DNA of 64,000 nt, taken from the NCBI RefSeq assembly GCF_009914755.1, contig NC_060939.1. One strand, written 5' to 3'. The DNA comes from the human T2T-CHM13v2.0 reference genome, Homo sapiens. The position numbers were made by a program, and so were the translations under genes. The notes beneath the pieces are model-generated. The model did no database searches. It was not told the DNA's origin and was given only the letters and a program-made list of their open reading frames with translations. Positions 48,601 to 64,000 of the stretch are shown piece by piece; positions within the stretch are counted from its first letter, which is position 1, and each line of letters starts with the position of its first letter.

Positions 48601-50879
48601 TCAACAAAGCTAAATATTTGCAAATAAGTGCTCATCTCGGATTATTTTCTATGTCTTGTGTCAATTTATTCTCTTGACAGCAAAGAACTGAAAAAGATCC
48701 CTGACTGGTTCAACAGGAGAGGAGAAATGAATGCATTTGTAAACCATAAATAAAGCCCTTTGGAAGAGGCTCACTGAGGTAAATATTAAGGTCACTAGGT
48801 CTCAGGAGCAGCTGTAGGAAGGGGTGAATAAAACTAAGGGCTTTGGAGGGCAGGGTGAACTTCATACTTGGAAGCAAAGGAACAAATCAAGGACACCAGC
48901 CCTCAAGAGAACACCTAAATTATCCACAAAATATAATACTTTTCAGGCCATACAAAATAATAAAGGGCGTTTCATAAACATCTCATTGCAGTGATCACTA
49001 ACCTTCATATGCTAATTTTCTATAAATAGCAAAACCTACTACCTTCTAAAGAACTTTGAAATGTTGGCTTTTGGCTGGGATTATGGTAGCTACATGGGCT
49101 AAGAGCTCTAAAACTTTTGCACTTTTTGAAGAAATAACATGGAATGAGTTGGCAGAAAAAAACAGTTGCAAGATCGGATAAAGGAATCCTCGGAGCTAAT
49201 GCTAGAATTCCATGCTGTGGGTTCCTAGCATTGCTCTTTCTACCCCTCCCCGCCAGCCATTAGCTGAGGAATTTTCAAGTAAGAAAACAATTAATTTAGA
49301 CCCCAAAGCTAATTGGAATCAATACTTAATGTTTCTTCTGAACTCTCCAAATTAATTATAAAATGATGTATGTTCACATTGATGCCAGACTATATAGATT
49401 TCTATCTAAAATTTACCTCCAGGGGCATCTTTTCAACAAGGAGTCAGCTGCGTGTAGTTTGTCATGTCATCCCTTTCGCCATCCACCCTTCTTAGTTTTC
49501 TCCCCTTGAAATTTTGTGTCAAGGGCAGTGTTGATATCAGGGCGATGAATTAGCTGTACTTGAGATAAAGAGAGCAGCTTGCAGACACACACTAGCAAGC
49601 ACCAGCGGGTCACCATGAAGTTGAAGTCTACGAGTGCAGAGAGAAGACACCTGCCTCTACAAGGTGCTGCAGTTCCAAGCTGCATCCTTCTCTGGCAGTA
49701 TTAGCTGGGGAGCCTGCCTCAAAGCAGCAAAAGGCAAGACATCATCAAGTGTGAACTGAAGCCTGGCTTTGGTTCTGTCCCCTCAGTGAGGCATGTGGCT
49801 TCCAAGCCGCAGAAGACCTCTCCTTGTCCTCTGAGTGCCTTCGTATGTGGTGCTCCAGAACTTTCATGTGGCGATCATAAAATGCTTGTTAGATGTATCA
49901 TTGGCAAGACAATGGATACACAAGGGACACTCAACACCCAGGCAGTTAAAGGCCTTTCGCTTGCTTATCAGTACAGGAACCTTACAGTAACTTTGTTTGT
50001 CTATAAGTCTGTTCTTATTTTGCACTACCTGCCCCATGGACAAGTAGTAATGCAGAGAAGAAATAAAGAAGAATAAAATGTCACAGTGGGGTTTTCTTGT
50101 AGAATAGGAATTTGAAGTTGAGATAAATAAAGTCTTTGCCTTTTCAGACACAGCTAAGTAGCTGGAAGTTTCTGAAACATTGGACTGAAGGGGTTGAGAA
50201 TAGTGGGGAGCACAAGAAAAAAGATGCCTGACAACAGGGCTCTGTTACCTTGGGCAGACAGTCTTCCCAGAGATCATTCCTCACTACTGAGAATTGAAGA
50301 GGCATCTTTTCCCCGCCTTCAGTTCCACAGTCCATCATCTCTCAGGTTTGCATTCTTTCATGCAACAAAAGTTATGGCTCAAGTACATATGCCAGACCCC
50401 AGAGAAGCACAAATAAATAACAGATCATCCCCACCCTCAGGACAAGCATAATAAGGAGCTCTCTGGCATTGTCAGAGAAGAGGTGAACTTGGTTAGATGG
50501 GCACATTGGAACAGATCCGTAGCTGTTATAGAGAGGCTGGTACTGGGTGTGAGGCTGGCCCAGTCATCACAACCAGAGTAATAAACAGGCACAGGAATAT
50601 GTGACTTGTATCAGGGTGGAGCCTGGGGGCTGGGAATACAGATAAGACCAGCAGGCTGGGATCCCTTGGTGAACAGTAGGGTTCCTGAGCATGAGTGAAA
50701 GCAGCCTGGAATTGCCTTCAAAGAGACATGTGTAGGAATCCCGGCTCTGCCTCTGACTAGCACACCACATTTGAACTAGAGTATGCAAGGATTTAGGAGA
50801 GGAGAAGAAACTGTGAAGTATTGGAAGGTTCTGGAAAACAAAGGGTAGAGAGCAGCTGGACTCAAGGTATCTCTCTAAT

Positions 50880-51110
50880 AGGCCCTTGTTTTCACCTCTC
50901 AGACCTGCTTTCTCCACAAGGGGGAAAAGGTTGGGACAGCAGTTTCATTTCCTTCTTCCTCTCTGCCAGCAGCAGCCTGAGATTTGCTTAACAATAGCCT
51001 GAGATTTGTTCTTTCTGACCCCAAGTTCAAAATCCCAGGGATCGCTCTGATTTGAGTAAATGCCCATTCTTGGGACAATCTAGAATATCCCATTCATATA
51101 AAAAGGCTAG
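50880..51110 (-). mobile_element. Probable old MLT1-type LTR fragment
   Basis: ctctcagacctgctttctccaca and aaaatcccagggatcgctctgatt resemble MLT1 LTR motifs. Confidence 0.4.
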
Positions 51111-52619
51111 AGTAGAGGAAGGATCATTTCCCAGAAGAAGAGTCTTCTGCACAAACAAAACCATAGTGTTGACAAATAGTCATGGCCAATGGCAATCTGA
51201 TGGTCCAGGGCCCTGGATGACTCCTCTGCAGGAGCATCTTCAGGGTTCTAGGGAAGTCACAGGGGCAAGAAGTTAAAAATGTTGAGTGACTACTTTATGC
51301 CACATACTTTACACATTATTTCACTGAATTCTTGGAGGTAAGTAGTATTACTCACATTTTATACATGAAGTAATTGAGAAACTCAGAGGGGCTCATTGAC
51401 TTGTAGCAATCACACAGTGGGTAGGTTCATCTGGCTCCAAATTTTAGGCTCTGCATGCCCAGAGGCCAAGGGTCTTTCCTGTGTGTTGTAGTATTCACCT
51501 CATTTGATTTTATTAAGGCAGTGTTTGTTAGCATAGCTCTGAATTAAAAGAAAAATAAGAGGTTGTAAATATGGTTCTACCCCTCCCTCTTCTCTGCAGT
51601 AGGAGTCAGCCTTTCTCACCATCTGAAAAATAAAAGAGAGCAGTGCTTCCCTTGCTTCATTTCTTACAGGTTTTGGAATTCTAACTTTGCTCATTCACAA
51701 AGTCAAACACTTGTCATGTTCTGAAATGATAAAACTTATGTTAAGCCCATGACCTTAGTAATACGAAGGGAGGGAGTGGAACTGGAGTCAGACTGATGGG
51801 GTCTCCTCTGCCACACTGCAGCTCTGGAGCCGTGGACCGTGCATGGAATGTCTCTGAACCTCAGCTTTCTAATTAATAGAATGGGAATAAATTAAACATC
51901 ATGCATTGCTGTGCATTTTTATTCAGAGACCTATAAATTATTTTTTTGTATAATGTTAAGTTTTGCTAAGTTCTATTTATGTAGCATTAAATAGCCAGGC
52001 AGTGTTGCATATGATATGAAGCACAGGGTCCTCAATTTAAAGTGAAACCAGTCTGTGAGGTGTAATGGTAGGTGGCCTCATTGGTTTTCAGCGGACATTC
52101 TGTATGCAATATCTTTTCATGCGCTGTTGCTGGGAAAACCAAAGAGTAAATCTGAAATAAATGCTACAGAACCAAGAATGCGAAGGTCATTGTTGGCTGT
52201 TTGGGGAAGGGAAGTTAAAGATTAGAAATGGTCATCAAGACAGGATCGCCAAATTGACACCTGTGAATGTTTCCAGGAACTAAACAATTACACTAGGCTA
52301 GTGTCCCTTTAAAATGGTACCTGTGATATCCAAGTGGAATAAAGAACAACGTGGCCAGGCAGACAATCTAATTTTACTAAGATTGACCTTGCTTTGGGAA
52401 GACATGGAAATGTTTCATCCAAACAAAATATCATTGAAATTGCCAAGACATTAGAAGAATAACCACACACCCATTTTAAGGAGACAGGTTGCAGTGGTGA
52501 AAATTTATTTTCTGAGTATAGCTTTTTGTTGTTGTTGCTTTACTTGTCAACTTGGAAATCCAGGATCCTGGGGTTAATTTCCAGGAGGGAAAACCAGAGA
52601 GAAGGGTAGTACAGAATAA

Positions 52620-52945
52620 AATGGAGTCCACAGGGTTTGAATTCAGACATACTGCCGGTGAATTTAGCTGGGCTACTGGATTCCTAGTTTGTGACATGGG
52701 GTGAGTCCAAGCTTCAATGTTTTTATAGCTAAAAATAAAGATACAAACGGCAGCCTTCAGTGCTGACTAAACAGGATAACATGGCAAAAGAGCACATTTA
52801 TGAAGCATTTATTGTTGCCAGGTATGATTTTAAGCACTTGACGTGTATTGTTTTTGACCCTTATAACAACCCTTGCAACTCTGTTACAGGTGAGGAGAAA
52901 GAAAGGTAACTTCCTGAAGTCACAAAGCTAGGGAACACAGGGTGG
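52620..52945. mobile_element. Two MIR fragments in opposite orientation
   Basis: ctagtttgtgacatggg...tagctaaaaataaagata (+); tgccaggtatgattttaagcacttgacgtgtatt...ttacaggtgagga (-). Confidence 0.6.
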
Positions 52946-53349
52946 CTACATAAACCCACACAGCCTGCTGCAATGTCCTCCACACGTCCTTTCTGAGGCA
53001 CATTCATCAAAGGGATGAATAAGGTCCCGAGCAGCACCGAATATGCATTTGATGTTTGTCTTCCTGAAAGATTACCTGTAAATGACCCATGTAAAATGTT
53101 TAGCTGTCCCTGGCCGGCAGAAGGCACACACCCCCAAAAGGAGGCAATGGAAACCAGTTCTCTAGCTCCTTTCTCTCACAATAAAAAGGACCAATAATCT
53201 TTAAACATCCAGAAGTTCTTTCTGTCTTGGAAAAGGCCTTCCAACAGGCCAGCAAGAGGAAACCATAAATCCTCCACGTTGAGCAAGAAACGTCTGCTTC
53301 ATAAAGGTAAATTCAATCTCAACTTTGAAGTATAAAAAGTGAAGTATGA

Positions 53350-54510
<1,161 letters not shown>

Positions 54511-54659
54511 TTTGGGGATTGTTGAATTAAGTTCTTCCTGCTACAGAACCCTTTTGTCCTCCGATCAAGTCCCATCTCTTTGTAAGCAAAATGGAAATGT
54601 CCCTTGGCATACGTAGCACTCTGTTTTCAAGTTGTTTATTCTGTTTTTCAAAACTGTTT

Positions 54660-54830
54660 ACACATTGTAATTGTACATATTTATGGGGTTAAATCTGAGG
54701 TTTCCATACATATCTATGTTGTATAATGGTCCAATCAGGGTAGTTAGTGTATCCATGACCTCATGCATTTATCATTTCTGTTTGTTCAGGATATTGGGAA
54801 GCCTCTCTTCTAGCTATTTTGTAATATAGT
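54660..54830 (-). mobile_element. L1MA-class 3' end fragment
   Basis: aattgtacatatttatgggg...aatcagggtagttagtgtatccat...tcttctagctattttgtaatata. Confidence 0.7.
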
Positions 54831-55274
54831 AAAGATACTTTTAATTAAACTGTATAGCTGTTTGCTGCACTGATGTTCTCTGAGAGAGGCAGGACACTTT
54901 TTATACCATGTGAAAACGGATTTTCCAGAACAAAAAAGTGTGGAAATTAGTTTATTGAAGATTCTACATTGCAAAAGATTTATTAAAGTATTGGTTTCAA
55001 ATCAGTGCTTTCTCTTATACCTATAGAGAGTATCCAGGACAAAATGAAATAAAAAAAAAAATAGAAACTACTCATGGGACAGGCACTGGCTCAATTAACA
55101 GTTATGCTTCCTTGTATGACCCTCTTTAGGGTATATATCCCTCAATGGGTAATCGATTTAACAAATACTGAAGTCTGCAATAGTCTTACAGACCTGTTCA
55201 CACTCTCCTTTGGTACTTCTTTCCTTATACTGTTTATAAAATATATAATAATTGTGTGTGTAAATATATCCATA

Positions 55275-55485
55275 TTTATATTTATTTATGGGATACCATG
55301 TGATGTTTTGATACATGCATGTAAAATAATTAAATCAAGCTAATTAACGTATCACCTCACTTATCTTTTTTTGTGGTAAGAACAAAATCTATTATTTTAG
55401 CAATTTTAAAATGTACATTATTATTAACCATAGTCACTATGCAAAGCAGTCTATCACTAAAACTTATTCCTCCTGCCTAACAGAT
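55275..55485 (-). mobile_element. L1MA-class 3' end fragment
   Basis: atatttatttatgggataccatgtgatgttttgatacatg...aaatcaagctaattaac...ttattaaccatagtcactatg. Confidence 0.7.
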
Positions 55486-56689
55486 GCTTTCAGCTGACAA
55501 AACTTACTTCTGTTGCAATGGCTAAGAATGTACTCTTATAAATAAAATACTCTGTAATAGCTACTGTCTTCTAAGGTGTGAGGTATGGCATCATTTTTAT
55601 CAGTAGGAAACTGCTCTTTTTTAAAAAATCACTCTTCCATGTATAGAGATGGGTGGAGGCACAAGAAAGGAGAGGTTGCATTTCCAAAATATTTGCTTCT
55701 GTATTGCTGAATGGTGAGATTCAAAAGAAAAATCCCTTGTTTAGCAAAATTCACAGTTGAGCCCCTGTGGATGCACAGAAAATCCACAGGAGGTATGGAG
55801 GCAAAATGCTTTAGTAGATAGCCTAGGGAGATTGAGTTTCTCGAGGAAGCTGAAAGAAGCAGTGTGGTCCTGCAGAAAGAGGTTGGAGAGAGATGGACAA
55901 GTGCCTGGAGGCTACAGAGAAACATACCTGCACTCTCATCATGCAGAGTGGTCAACACACTTGTAAATAACAAAGTCAGATGTCTTGTTCTAGGCCATTT
56001 GCTTTTCCTGCTGCATGAATTCCAAATCGTCATTGCAAATCTCTACACCATGACAGTGTTGTTTTGGGGAAAACAAGGAAAAGGGCCAAGTTTCTTGTTG
56101 GGTTGTCATGAAGCAGGTGTGGCAATAAATGTGCAAGATCCTGAGGGGGAAGTATAAACCAGGGTAGGTCATTGGACTTTCCAGAGAATGCAGGATAGCC
56201 AGTTTGGGACAATGTTATTTTATTCTCATTGGAGAGAGTGATTCTGTTTCAATCATGTGCCGGAGCCACTCTTGAGAGGCAACTGTTAAATATTCAGCAA
56301 TTTTGCAAGGTGGTTGTCAAGCCACTAGTAGCTGGAAATTGGGTATGATGGGAGGATTTGCATCTAAGCTATCAGCAAACACTTCAAATCAGGGTTTTAT
56401 TTTAGGTTGCCAGTACACCATTGATCTATGCTCTAGCAATAGCAACTGAGTTGCAGTTCTCAATTAGACCATCCCCATTCTTTGATGCCTCCTGTCTATA
56501 TACGATGCTCTTTCTGCCTGGAATATTATCTTTGACATTGTGTTCTAGAAACTATCTATGGCTAATAAAAGACGTAAGACTCCCTTGGAGCAGGACTCCC
56601 TCTGTGCTCCAAGTGTCTTGGATATATCTGGACCGTGACACTGAGTCTATTGCTTATAGTTTTCTGTTTTCCTACGCATAGCCCTTCTA

Positions 56690-57234
<545 letters not shown>

Positions 57235-57706
57235 ACCAATAAACAAACAAAACCAACAACCTTGGGACTAACAAATTTGCAACAAAACCTTACTTAGCGG
57301 TAATTATTCCATCTGTTGGTCTAATTTATTCTGAGCACCAAGGAATGAAAATAGTTTACCCAAAAAAGGTCTGAGGAAGCCCACACCTATGTTATTTATT
57401 CCAAGAGAAACCCTGGGTCCCTCTTCTTCAAGATCCAGCACTCTCCACACATTGTTGACAGCCTCTGTTTTGCAGCCTTTAAAGCCACAGTAGTTTAAAA
57501 AGAAGATTAGCCAGAGGAGACTGTTACACGTGGACACACTGATAACAAAGACAAAGTATGACTGTCAGCTTAACAGGAGGAAAGAGAGAAAAAATATAAA
57601 AATACACAAACACAAGAAGCAGACCTGAGAACTCTTTCCTCATCCAAAGCAATTTTTGAAACCGTAAAAGTTTCCTAAAGAAATTGTACTGGAAAGTTGA
57701 GTTTCA

Positions 57707-58400
<694 letters not shown>

Positions 58401-58503
58401 GTTAAAGTAAAAAAGTAAAATATATTTTCAAATGTATTTAATTTTTTAAAATACATAAACTGAGGTAGAAAAAGATGTGAATACATCTCCTCTGGCTCCC
58501 TTA

Positions 58504-59250
<747 letters not shown>

Positions 59251-61515
59251 TACCTGTCTTGTTTACTATAAAATGTGGTTCAGAGAATTAGAGCTGGAAA
59301 GATGCTTGGACACCCACCTGATTATATTCTCCATTCTACAGATGAGAATAGAGGCCAGGGTACAAATCTTCCCAACAGAATGAAGAGGTGGTTGTATGTT
59401 TTTTTATTTTTTTGTTTAATTTTTAACATTTTAATTTTATTATGTTATTTTTTATTGTATTATGTTATTTTTACTTCATTTCCTTTCTCTGAGCCAGGTC
59501 AGAAAGAATAAATTTATAAAGAACACTCATCACTAAGCTCCAATAAAAAAAAAAAGGAAGAAAATGATTAAAAGAAAATGTACTGCCTTGGCAGAATCCT
59601 TAAAGACCATCTGGTTGCGATTTGGCATAGGGGGTCTAATAGGAGCTCCAATCCACAGTGTTGCTTGACCCTGGAATCATGGATTGTAGTTTTCGTGAGC
59701 CAATCACCTTTCGTTATCTATCTGCTCTGTATGGCCAGAGATTAGACTTGGTTCTTTCATATATTTCCTCCAATGTTAACCTCTCAGCATCTTTGTTATT
59801 ATAATCTCAGTTTTTTTTTTTTTCCCAAAGGAGGAAAGTGAGGCTTAAAGAATTTTTGCAAGACTTACCCAAAGGCACTTAGACAATTAGTAGCAGGGAT
59901 GGGCCACAACTGCTAGAGCAAGACTAAAATCAATTAATTTTATGTCAAAGAAAATAAATTACTAAAGACTTTCTAACTGCTAGGTCCTGCTCTGTGCTAG
60001 TCCAGTACTCATTCTGTCTCAAATTTTTTTCAAATCATATCTCCCCATCAGCAGCAAGCTTTGTGAAAAAGAACAATCTTGGGATGAAATGATATAATTG
60101 CTGCAATTTTTTAGACCTAAGCCCATGGAAAGGTGACCTGAAAAGGCTGTCATTTGCCTTACTGCAGAATAGACTTGCTCAATCCTAAAGAACAGTTCTC
60201 CATTTTCTTAGGCAAATAGAAATCTCCAAATACAAATGTTCATAGTACTAAGAAAGGACTTAGAATATTACCTATATTGTTAGAATGTAAAAAAAATTCA
60301 TCCTTCTAAATAGTTAGATTAAGATTGCTTTATTGCAAGAGATACTTTCATTACAAAGTACCTGCAGCCTGTCCTACAAGAGTCATTTCTCACTATTTCT
60401 AGATGTATCCTGCAACATGATACTTATTGTTTCTGGTTACTTCCATACGCATTTGAATTTGCTTAATTCTTGCCTCTACATGGAATTCTCTCCATTTCCA
60501 ACTTCAAGAAAAGAACTTCTTTTAAAGTTCCACTAAAATGCTCCTTCCTCTATGAAGTTCTTCTCAATCCTCTATGTTTCAGGAGGGGAAGGGTAATATT
60601 TATAGATCTCCAACTATATACAGGAGCTATGGTAGGAACATGACATGCTGTCAACATATCTCATTCCTCCAAAATCCTAACTGGTACGTATTACAAGCAT
60701 GGAGGGAAAAGGAAGAAATGTTTTAACTAATGTTTAGAACGAAAAATATTTTAATTACAAAAGTTTGGACTTAATAAGGTAAAGACAAATTTTTGGGGGG
60801 GTGATGGGGCATCTGTGTATAATGAGTTATACAAGCTGCTGAAGTCTCTTTGTTCCATCTTGCACTGTTTATGCAGTATTCTCTTTAATGCTGGGGGAGC
60901 TGAATACTCAGAGGATATAAAGACAAGCTCTGCTGTATATATTTCCTGGATGAATTTATCTTTTGTGTTGAAATATGCAAATTTCCTAATATAATGTTCA
61001 TAAACCTATTTCGAGGCTATTCCTATAAAATCCAAAGAAATACCAGTTGGCAGGTGAAATTCCAAAACTGAACAGAGAGTACACCTTGAATATATCAGGG
61101 AGCTGTCAAAAACTATTTCACAATGGGATTTTGTGAGGTGGATTAGAAAATGGTGAGTACAGAAGAGACAATTCTTATTTCTCTTAGAAGGCTTAGAAAG
61201 GTGAGAAGAGCAGAACAGATTGGTTCATTAACGTGCTAACCTTAGAAATGCATGTTTCTTAATAGGGCTGCCTCTACTGGAGATCCCCTAAAAGAGCCAA
61301 GTTCAGAGCTTGAAAAAGAGGGAAAACTGTTTCCAGGCTAAGCACTTGTCAGTTCTCCCATGAGTTCATGTAGGGGAGTATCTCCCTTTATTCATTTCAG
61401 AGCAAGAAGACTCAGCAATGACTGGGAGCGTGGGCTGTGCTCTCAGTCCCACCTGACATGCTAGACCTTTACACAACGTAATGCAGGGTAGTCACTCCTG
61501 AGCCAAAGGCAAAAT

Positions 61516-61545
61516 GGGGGGCGGGGGGCGGGGGCGGGGGCGGGG
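61516..61545 (+). repeat. G-tract/GC-box repeat G6-C-G6-C-G5-C-G5-C-G4
   Basis: Five G-runs separated by single C. Confidence 0.9.
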
Positions 61546-62255
61546 AAAGATGTCTTCTTCTCCAGAGACATGAAATGTTTTGGGGATTGTGAGCCTCTGC
61601 CATAAAGCCTACTCTTAAGGCAGATGATGGAAAGGCAAAGATTTCTTATTTTAAGGGCTTCTATTTGAGTGCAGTTTTTGCTGAGTTCCAAGCAATTCAT
61701 ATGAACGCAATTCCTCTGTGTGCACAGAACCTGGTCTACAGAGAACTTGAGATGGTGAGTGGTCGGGATTTACTTAGTCTAGAACAGGGCTTCTCAGACA
61801 TTTTACCAGGAGTTAAAACTTATATTAAGGGAAAGGGACAAAGTGATCTGATTCATATGTATGTTTAGTGTTTTGTAATAAACCAGCATTTGTTCTCAGA
61901 GGTCTTATTAAAAAGTATAATTTTCAGGATGGGTGAACCTCAGCAATTTGAAAGACTACAAAGCCTCTGAGTTAGCGTTCAAGTTCTGCAAATGCTATAA
62001 AACCAACTATTTTCATTAAACATCCCATGTATGAAGTTTGGTCTAATCTGAGAAGGATGGCAATCAATTGATTTTCACAGTATTCCGGAGTTTTGCTGAA
62101 ATGCTTGCTGTGATTAATTTAAGGGACTTCAAAATTTCAAAATTTCAAAATTATTTCTCAAATTTCATAACTAATATCCAATTTTGATTTAACAATTGGT
62201 TCTATTACTTAACCAAAAATTTTTCTTGATATGGATGCCATGAACTGGAAGGGGA

Positions 62256-62613
62256 TTACAATGGTCTGAATATATCCTCAAAATACATATATTGAAACAT
62301 AATCACCAATTTGTTAGTATTAAGCGATGATAAGTATTAGGAGGCAATTAGCACCCTTATAAAAGAGGTGTGAGGGAGCTGTTGGTCCCTTCCTCACTTT
62401 TCCATGTGGAGACACAGCATTCATCCCCTCCAGAGGATACAGCGACAAGGTGCCCTCTTGAAATCAAAGACCAGGTCCTCATCAGACATAAAACCTTCTG
62501 GCACCTTGATCTTGGACTCTCCGGTCTCCAGAACTTGAGAAATAGATTTCTATTCTTTATTAGTTAGCCAGTCTTATGGTATTTTGCTACAGCAGCACAA
62601 ACAAACTAAGATA
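62256..62613 (+). mobile_element. MaLR solo LTR (MSTD/MLT1A1-like)
   Basis: cccttataaaagagg, gacacagcattcatcccctccagagga, ggcaccttgatcttggact, ggtattttgctacagcagcacaaacaaactaagata. Confidence 0.85.
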
Positions 62614-62648
62614 AACTACAAAGGACATAATTGTTAAGACATTTTCCT

Positions 62649-64000
62649 GGAGAGAGGGACCAAGATGGCAGACTGGAAGTAGGCTCATGTGCTCAGCTCT
62701 TATGCTCTTACCAAGAGGAAACAAAAGGGCTAGTGAACAGTGACCCTGCAGGCTGATCATCTGAGAAACCACATCTTGATCCATGAAGGCAACAGGGGGA
62801 CCCAGAGAACAGAGAGAAGAGAAGCTGGGCACCAGCCTATCTGTGTTCAGCGTGGTGCCAGGAGAACCTCTTCAACACAGGAAATGGTGAGTTAGTGAGA
62901 GCCTCCTGGGGGAATTTGTGCTGTCCACAGGAACCTGTACAAGACTGGAAATGGGAGAATACCCCTGCCCCTCAACCCCCACGACTCCACTCTGCTTCTA
63001 GACTGAGACAGAGAGCTACCTGGATATTTTGCAGGAACAAGTCCTGAGTCCAGGAAGACCCCTATAAGCCTTTGGCCCTTGAGCAGGCCAGCACCAATGC
63101 CACAGCCCCAGCAGAGGCTGCAGTCATAGTGCCTGGGGGCAGTAAGACTGCTTCATCCTCTTGCCGGATGGGGCTCAGTGCCAGCTTCTGGCTCAGTGGT
63201 CCTGCTTCTTTCTGAACTCAGCTAGTAGGTGCAGCCCCCTGTTTTACCAGGAAACACCCAGGCAGCAGGGCAGGTGGCCCTGCTCACCCCCACTGCTGGA
63301 AGCCAGGTGGGCAATGCCTGCTAGAGTTTCCAGCTCAGCAATCTCTCCTCTGTCTAAACTCAGCCAGTGGGCACAGCCTCCTTTTGTCCTGGGAAGCACC
63401 TGGATGGCAGGGCAGGTGACCCCACCCATACCTGCTGCTGGTAGCCAGAAGGGCAATGCCTGCTAGAGCTTCCAACTTAGTGGTCCCACTTCTATCTGAA
63501 CTTATCCAGTGGGCACAGCCTCCTGTTATCCTGGGAAACACCCAGATGGCAGGGTGGGTGACTCTACCTACCCCCACCTCTCCTAGCTGGACAAGCCACA
63601 TCTGCTAAAACTTTCAGCCCAGCAGCCCTGCATTTACCTGAATTTGCTAAAGGGCACAGCCTCCTGTTTCCCCAGAAACACCTGGATGGCAGGGCAGGCA
63701 ACTTCAGTCACCCCTGCTTCTTGTAGCCAGATGGGACCCACCTGCTAAAGCTTCCTGCCCCGTAGTCCCACCACTGCCTGAGCTCTGTGTGCTGGCACAA
63801 TCTTGTGTTTCTCTGGGAAGCACTTGGACAGAAGATTAGGGCTAACCCAACAAGGATACAGGTTATCTGCCAACTGCAGCCCCTGCCTGAGAGAGCCACA
63901 TGGACCAGAACAGCCAATAAAAGAAACACGGGCACAAAGATAGTAATGGGAGAGGGCTCCTTTAAGACATAGGAGTGGAGTAGAATCGAAGCCAGACAAC
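62649..64000 (+). mobile_element. 5'UTR of an old primate L1 (L1PA15/16-like), running off the right edge
   Basis: Purine-rich start then ccAAGATGGC (YY1-type); GC-rich 5'UTR with an internal tandem array. Confidence 0.7.
63180..63765 (+). repeat. Four diverged ~142-bp tandem units within the L1 5'UTR
   Basis: Anchor (ca/tg)cagcc(t/c)cct at 63230, 63372, 63514, 63655. Confidence 0.85.

Noticed and set aside
49194-49237. Small imperfect hairpin aatgctag...ctagcatt
   Set aside because: An 8-bp stem is within chance expectation for 64 kb
63180-63765. Regularly spaced repeats as a CRISPR-like array
   Set aside because: Whole units are homologous with no unique spacers, in a eukaryotic L1 context

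Overview
Primate (catarrhine/hominoid, most likely human) non-coding genomic DNA dominated by interspersed repeats. It holds one full-length but inactivated L1PA3/4-age LINE-1 (42.1-48.3 kb), a twin-primed 5'-inverted L1PA nested in an old L1M, a 5'-truncated L1PA, older L1PA13-16-type 3' and 5' pieces at the two window edges, 15 Alus, three MaLR solo LTRs, a Tigger2a-type element, a MADE2 MITE, and many MIR/L2 remnants and microsatellites. I can support no host protein-coding exon, RNA gene or new 'system'; every long ORF is L1- or Alu-derived. Best observations: (i) short tracts of shared non-consensus mutations between neighbouring L1 copies, suggesting ectopic gene conversion; (ii) two complex templated-insertion scars (local copy plus fold-back inversion) at ~8.5 kb and ~36.0 kb; (iii) re-use of one L1-endonuclease target site by an L1 and an Alu; (iv) candidate regulatory elements (CpG-retaining region at 53.3-54.5 kb, perfect T-MARE, DR3 array, G4 tracts). 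Subfamily calls come from remembered diagnostic motifs, not a RepeatMasker run.
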